NCBI GenBank assembly: GCA_038896955.1
Contig: JAWAXJ010000001.1
Span: 1 to 24,474 of the forward strand
Length of the DNA stretch: 24,474 bases
Direction of reading: 5' to 3'
Source of the DNA: Desulfurococcaceae archaeon
GTDB lineage: Archaea; Thermoproteota; Thermoprotei_A; Sulfolobales; Desulfurococcaceae
Shown here: positions 22,955 through 24,474 of the stretch, piece by piece
How positions within the stretch are numbered: the first letter of the stretch is position 1
Layout of the letters: every line of letters begins with the position of its first letter
The notes under the pieces: model-generated
What the model saw: only the letters and a program-made list of their open reading frames with translations
The model's database searches: none
Told to the model about the DNA's origin: nothing
Made by a program: the position numbers and the translations under genes

Positions 22955-23160
22955 TCTTCCACCACCTTGTAGACCTTCACCATAAAGCCGTACTCTCTAG
23001 CTAGGCCTGCCAGCCTGTATGCTGCTGATCTACTTTCTGTTACGTATACACTCTTCTGCACACGTGTGACAGGCAGGTTCATCTTCTTGAGTCTGTAGTA
23101 GAATGTTCTTGGCATGCGGCCGGGTTTAGCTCCTGGTTTATCCATTACTACAAGGTACAT
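22951..23160 (-). CDS. Cas2/VapD-like small ferredoxin-fold protein (69 aa)
   Basis: MYLVVMDK...RTFYYRLKK...RVQKSVY matches the Cas2 pattern (YLV.YD...R....L.....RVQ.SVF); SD GGGGA; minus-strand T6 run just upstream. Confidence 0.65.
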   Translation of the reverse strand: MYLVVMDKPGAKPGRMPRTFYYRLKKMNLPVTRVQKSVYVTESRSAAYRLAGLAREYGFMVKVYKVVEE

Positions 23161-23194
23161 TCTCTATCCCCTGTAAAAAAGAGGCTGAGAGAGT

Positions 23195-23671
23195 TTAACC
23201 TTCGAATGTACGTTGTAGTTTGCGGCATTTTGGTGGTACTGGTAGGCTGTGCTCGTCTTCAGACGAGGAAGCCTTGCAGGCGGTTAGGAAGCTGTAGACG
23301 TAGTAGGCGTCGAGGGCGAGGTGGTATAGCCAGTCAGATGGTACCTTCTCTAGCTTCACTATATTCCTGGCAAGAAGTATATAGTCAGCTAGACACACAT
23401 TGGTGTATTGGAGTGCTGATGCAGTTTTAGCTGTATCTGACCCTCCTGTAGTAGTAACAAGGACTGTGCAGAAGGCTCGCCCCCCTGTAAACCTCACTCT
23501 TGTTACATATTTTCGTATCGGGCAGGCTGGACACGGCTTGAGAACAGTATACCTTATATTACTATACCTCCTATACACAACCCTGGCGTGGTTTTTCTCA
23601 CTCTTTATCTTTTCCACGATCTCTCTCGCGGAAAAGGTGTCAATACTCAAATATGTACCAAAGTATACCAT
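23195..23671 (-). CDS. Hypothetical protein with CPAC motif (158 aa)
   Basis: SD GGAGGAG; starts right after the upstream stop. Confidence 0.65.
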   Translation of the reverse strand: MVYFGTYLSIDTFSAREIVEKIKSEKNHARVVYRRYSNIRYTVLKPCPACPIRKYVTRVRFTGGRAFCTVLVTTTGGSDTAKTASALQYTNVCLADYILLARNIVKLEKVPSDWLYHLALDAYYVYSFLTACKASSSEDEHSLPVPPKCRKLQRTFEG

Positions 23672-23672
23672 A

Positions 23673-24065
23673 CTATATCTCCTCCATCATCCTCATATAC
23701 TTTTCATACAGACTTTGATCAAGACTAGAGACACCACCTAGGTAGTCGAGAAATACTGGTGTCTCAATAACGAACGTAACTGTGGACAAATTACCCCTGT
23801 TACTTACACGTACCAGTGTAGCTTTAGTACCTTTTAAAACGGTCACTAGCCACTTCTTGTGTGTCCCCCCTCCAACGAATATCGGAGGGGTAATGGGCTG
23901 GGGTTCAAAAAACCACCTACTAGATGCTCCAGTCCTGCTCCCTACATGCTCTTCGTACACGACAAGAACCCCAGCACTTGAAGAAGCCTGACCCATGCTG
24001 GCTGGGGTAGCATGGGCATCGGCCTGGGTTCGCTTAACGGTTTGGGTTGGGTTCTGGCTTGACAT
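23673..24065 (-). CDS. Hypothetical protein (130 aa), low-complexity N-terminus and beta-rich core
   Basis: ATG 24065 placed by the BRE/TATA GAAAGATTTAAATA at 24107-24094; core YEEHVGSRTG...LVRVSNRGN. Confidence 0.7.
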   Translation of the reverse strand: MSSQNPTQTVKRTQADAHATPASMGQASSSAGVLVVYEEHVGSRTGASSRWFFEPQPITPPIFVGGGTHKKWLVTVLKGTKATLVRVSNRGNLSTVTFVIETPVFLDYLGGVSSLDQSLYEKYMRMMEEI

Positions 24066-24093
24066 GGCCTGTGTACACGTGTGCATCGAGGAA

Positions 24094-24107
24094 TATTTAA
24101 ATCTTTC
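24094..24107 (-). promoter_or_regulatory. BRE-TATA promoter of the minus-strand cluster
   Basis: GAAAG followed by ATTTAAATA, about 28 nt upstream of ATG 24065. Confidence 0.65.
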
Positions 24108-24185
24108 CCATATGTGCAGCCCATGAGGATAAACCATCAAGTCAATATCCCGACGTGGAATCCCGGTTCAGCTTTAACATGCACG

Positions 24186-24217
24186 TGTATACCCGGTAGC
24201 CCCGGGCCCGGGATACA
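24186..24217. repeat. GC-rich nested palindrome/hairpin in the intergenic region
   Basis: Perfect palindrome CCCGGGCCCGGG (24201-24212); arms TGTATACCCGG (24186-24196) and CCGGGATACA (24208-24217) pair with a one-base bulge. Confidence 0.75.
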
Positions 24218-24220
24218 TCG

Positions 24221-24238
24221 GAAGAAAGCCTTATATAA
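24221..24238 (+). promoter_or_regulatory. BRE-TATA promoter of the HTH gene
   Basis: GAAGAAAGCC followed by TTATATAA, upstream of SD GGGGAG (24259-24264) and ATG 24273. Confidence 0.65.
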
Positions 24239-24272
24239 CCCAGGCCCACAAGACTACCGGGGAGAATCCAGC

Positions 24273-24474
24273 ATGATAACTACTACGCGTAGGGGGTATA
24301 TAAAGGTTCCTCCACTTCAACGGGAGAGGGCTACGGCTATAATGCTGTACAGGGCTGGCCAAAGCATAAACAACATAGCACTTTTCCTAGGAAGATCCAC
24401 ATCATGGGTATATAAGACGATCAAGAACGTGAAGCAGAGGTACGGGCTCATAAAGATGCGTAACGGACTCCTCT
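24273..24474 (+). CDS. Helix-turn-helix protein, truncated by the window end; not in the ORF track
   Basis: MITTTRRGYIKVPPLQRERATAIMLYRAGQSINNIALFLGRSTSWVYKTIKNVKQRYGLIKMRNGLL...: classic HTH pattern (Y..G.S...IA..LG.S...VY..IK). Confidence 0.8.
   Translation, partial: MITTTRRGYIKVPPLQRERATAIMLYRAGQSINNIALFLGRSTSWVYKTIKNVKQRYGLIKMRNGLL

Larger units (their letters stand above)
1..24474. mobile_element. Segment of a filamentous archaeal virus genome (Tokiviricetes, rudivirus/lipothrixvirus-related)
   Basis: SIRV2-like MCP, two GT4 enzymes, FkbM methyltransferase, very large structural protein, several RHH proteins, archaeal SD and TATA signals. No cellular housekeeping genes. Confidence 0.88.

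Noticed and set aside
24294-24415. GGGTATATAA twice inside the HTH gene (24294, 24406)
   Set aside because: Ten-base match in coding sequence without the downstream element of the 645/1949 motif; compatible with chance.
1-24474. Inverted terminal repeats or hairpin ends as in linear Ligamenvirales genomes
   Set aside because: The two ends are neither complementary nor identical and ORFs run off them, so the window is internal or incomplete.

Overview
This looks like a 24.5-kb, gene-dense segment of a filamentous archaeal dsDNA virus related to the rudiviruses and lipothrixviruses (Adnaviria, Tokiviricetes). The key evidence is a SIRV2-type major capsid protein (3466-3840), two GT4 glycosyltransferases, an FkbM-family methyltransferase, a 1533-aa protein of the kind that builds the terminal structure, and three small RHH regulators. 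GGTGA/GGAGG ribosome-binding sites, TATA/BRE promoters and ATA/AGG-rich codons point to a crenarchaeal (Thermoproteota) host; the host is an inference. The most unusual part is the second structural operon (12.8-21.2 kb). It encodes a second MCP-fold protein fused to a beta-domain, a protein resembling tailed-phage tail-collar/fibre proteins, two repeat-rich fibre proteins sharing an LDVALSTRASE module, a six-bladed Kelch-like propeller, and a pair of paralogous small proteins. Downstream are a frameshifted LAGLIDADG endonuclease, a TnpB 3' remnant with hairpins, and an oppositely oriented cluster with a Cas2/VapD-like miniprotein and a C2H2 zinc-finger protein. I found no polymerase, helicase, terminase, portal, HK97 capsid, CRISPR array, RNA gene or terminal repeat, and genes appear to run off both ends. 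All family assignments come from motif recognition and recalled reference sequences, not database searches.
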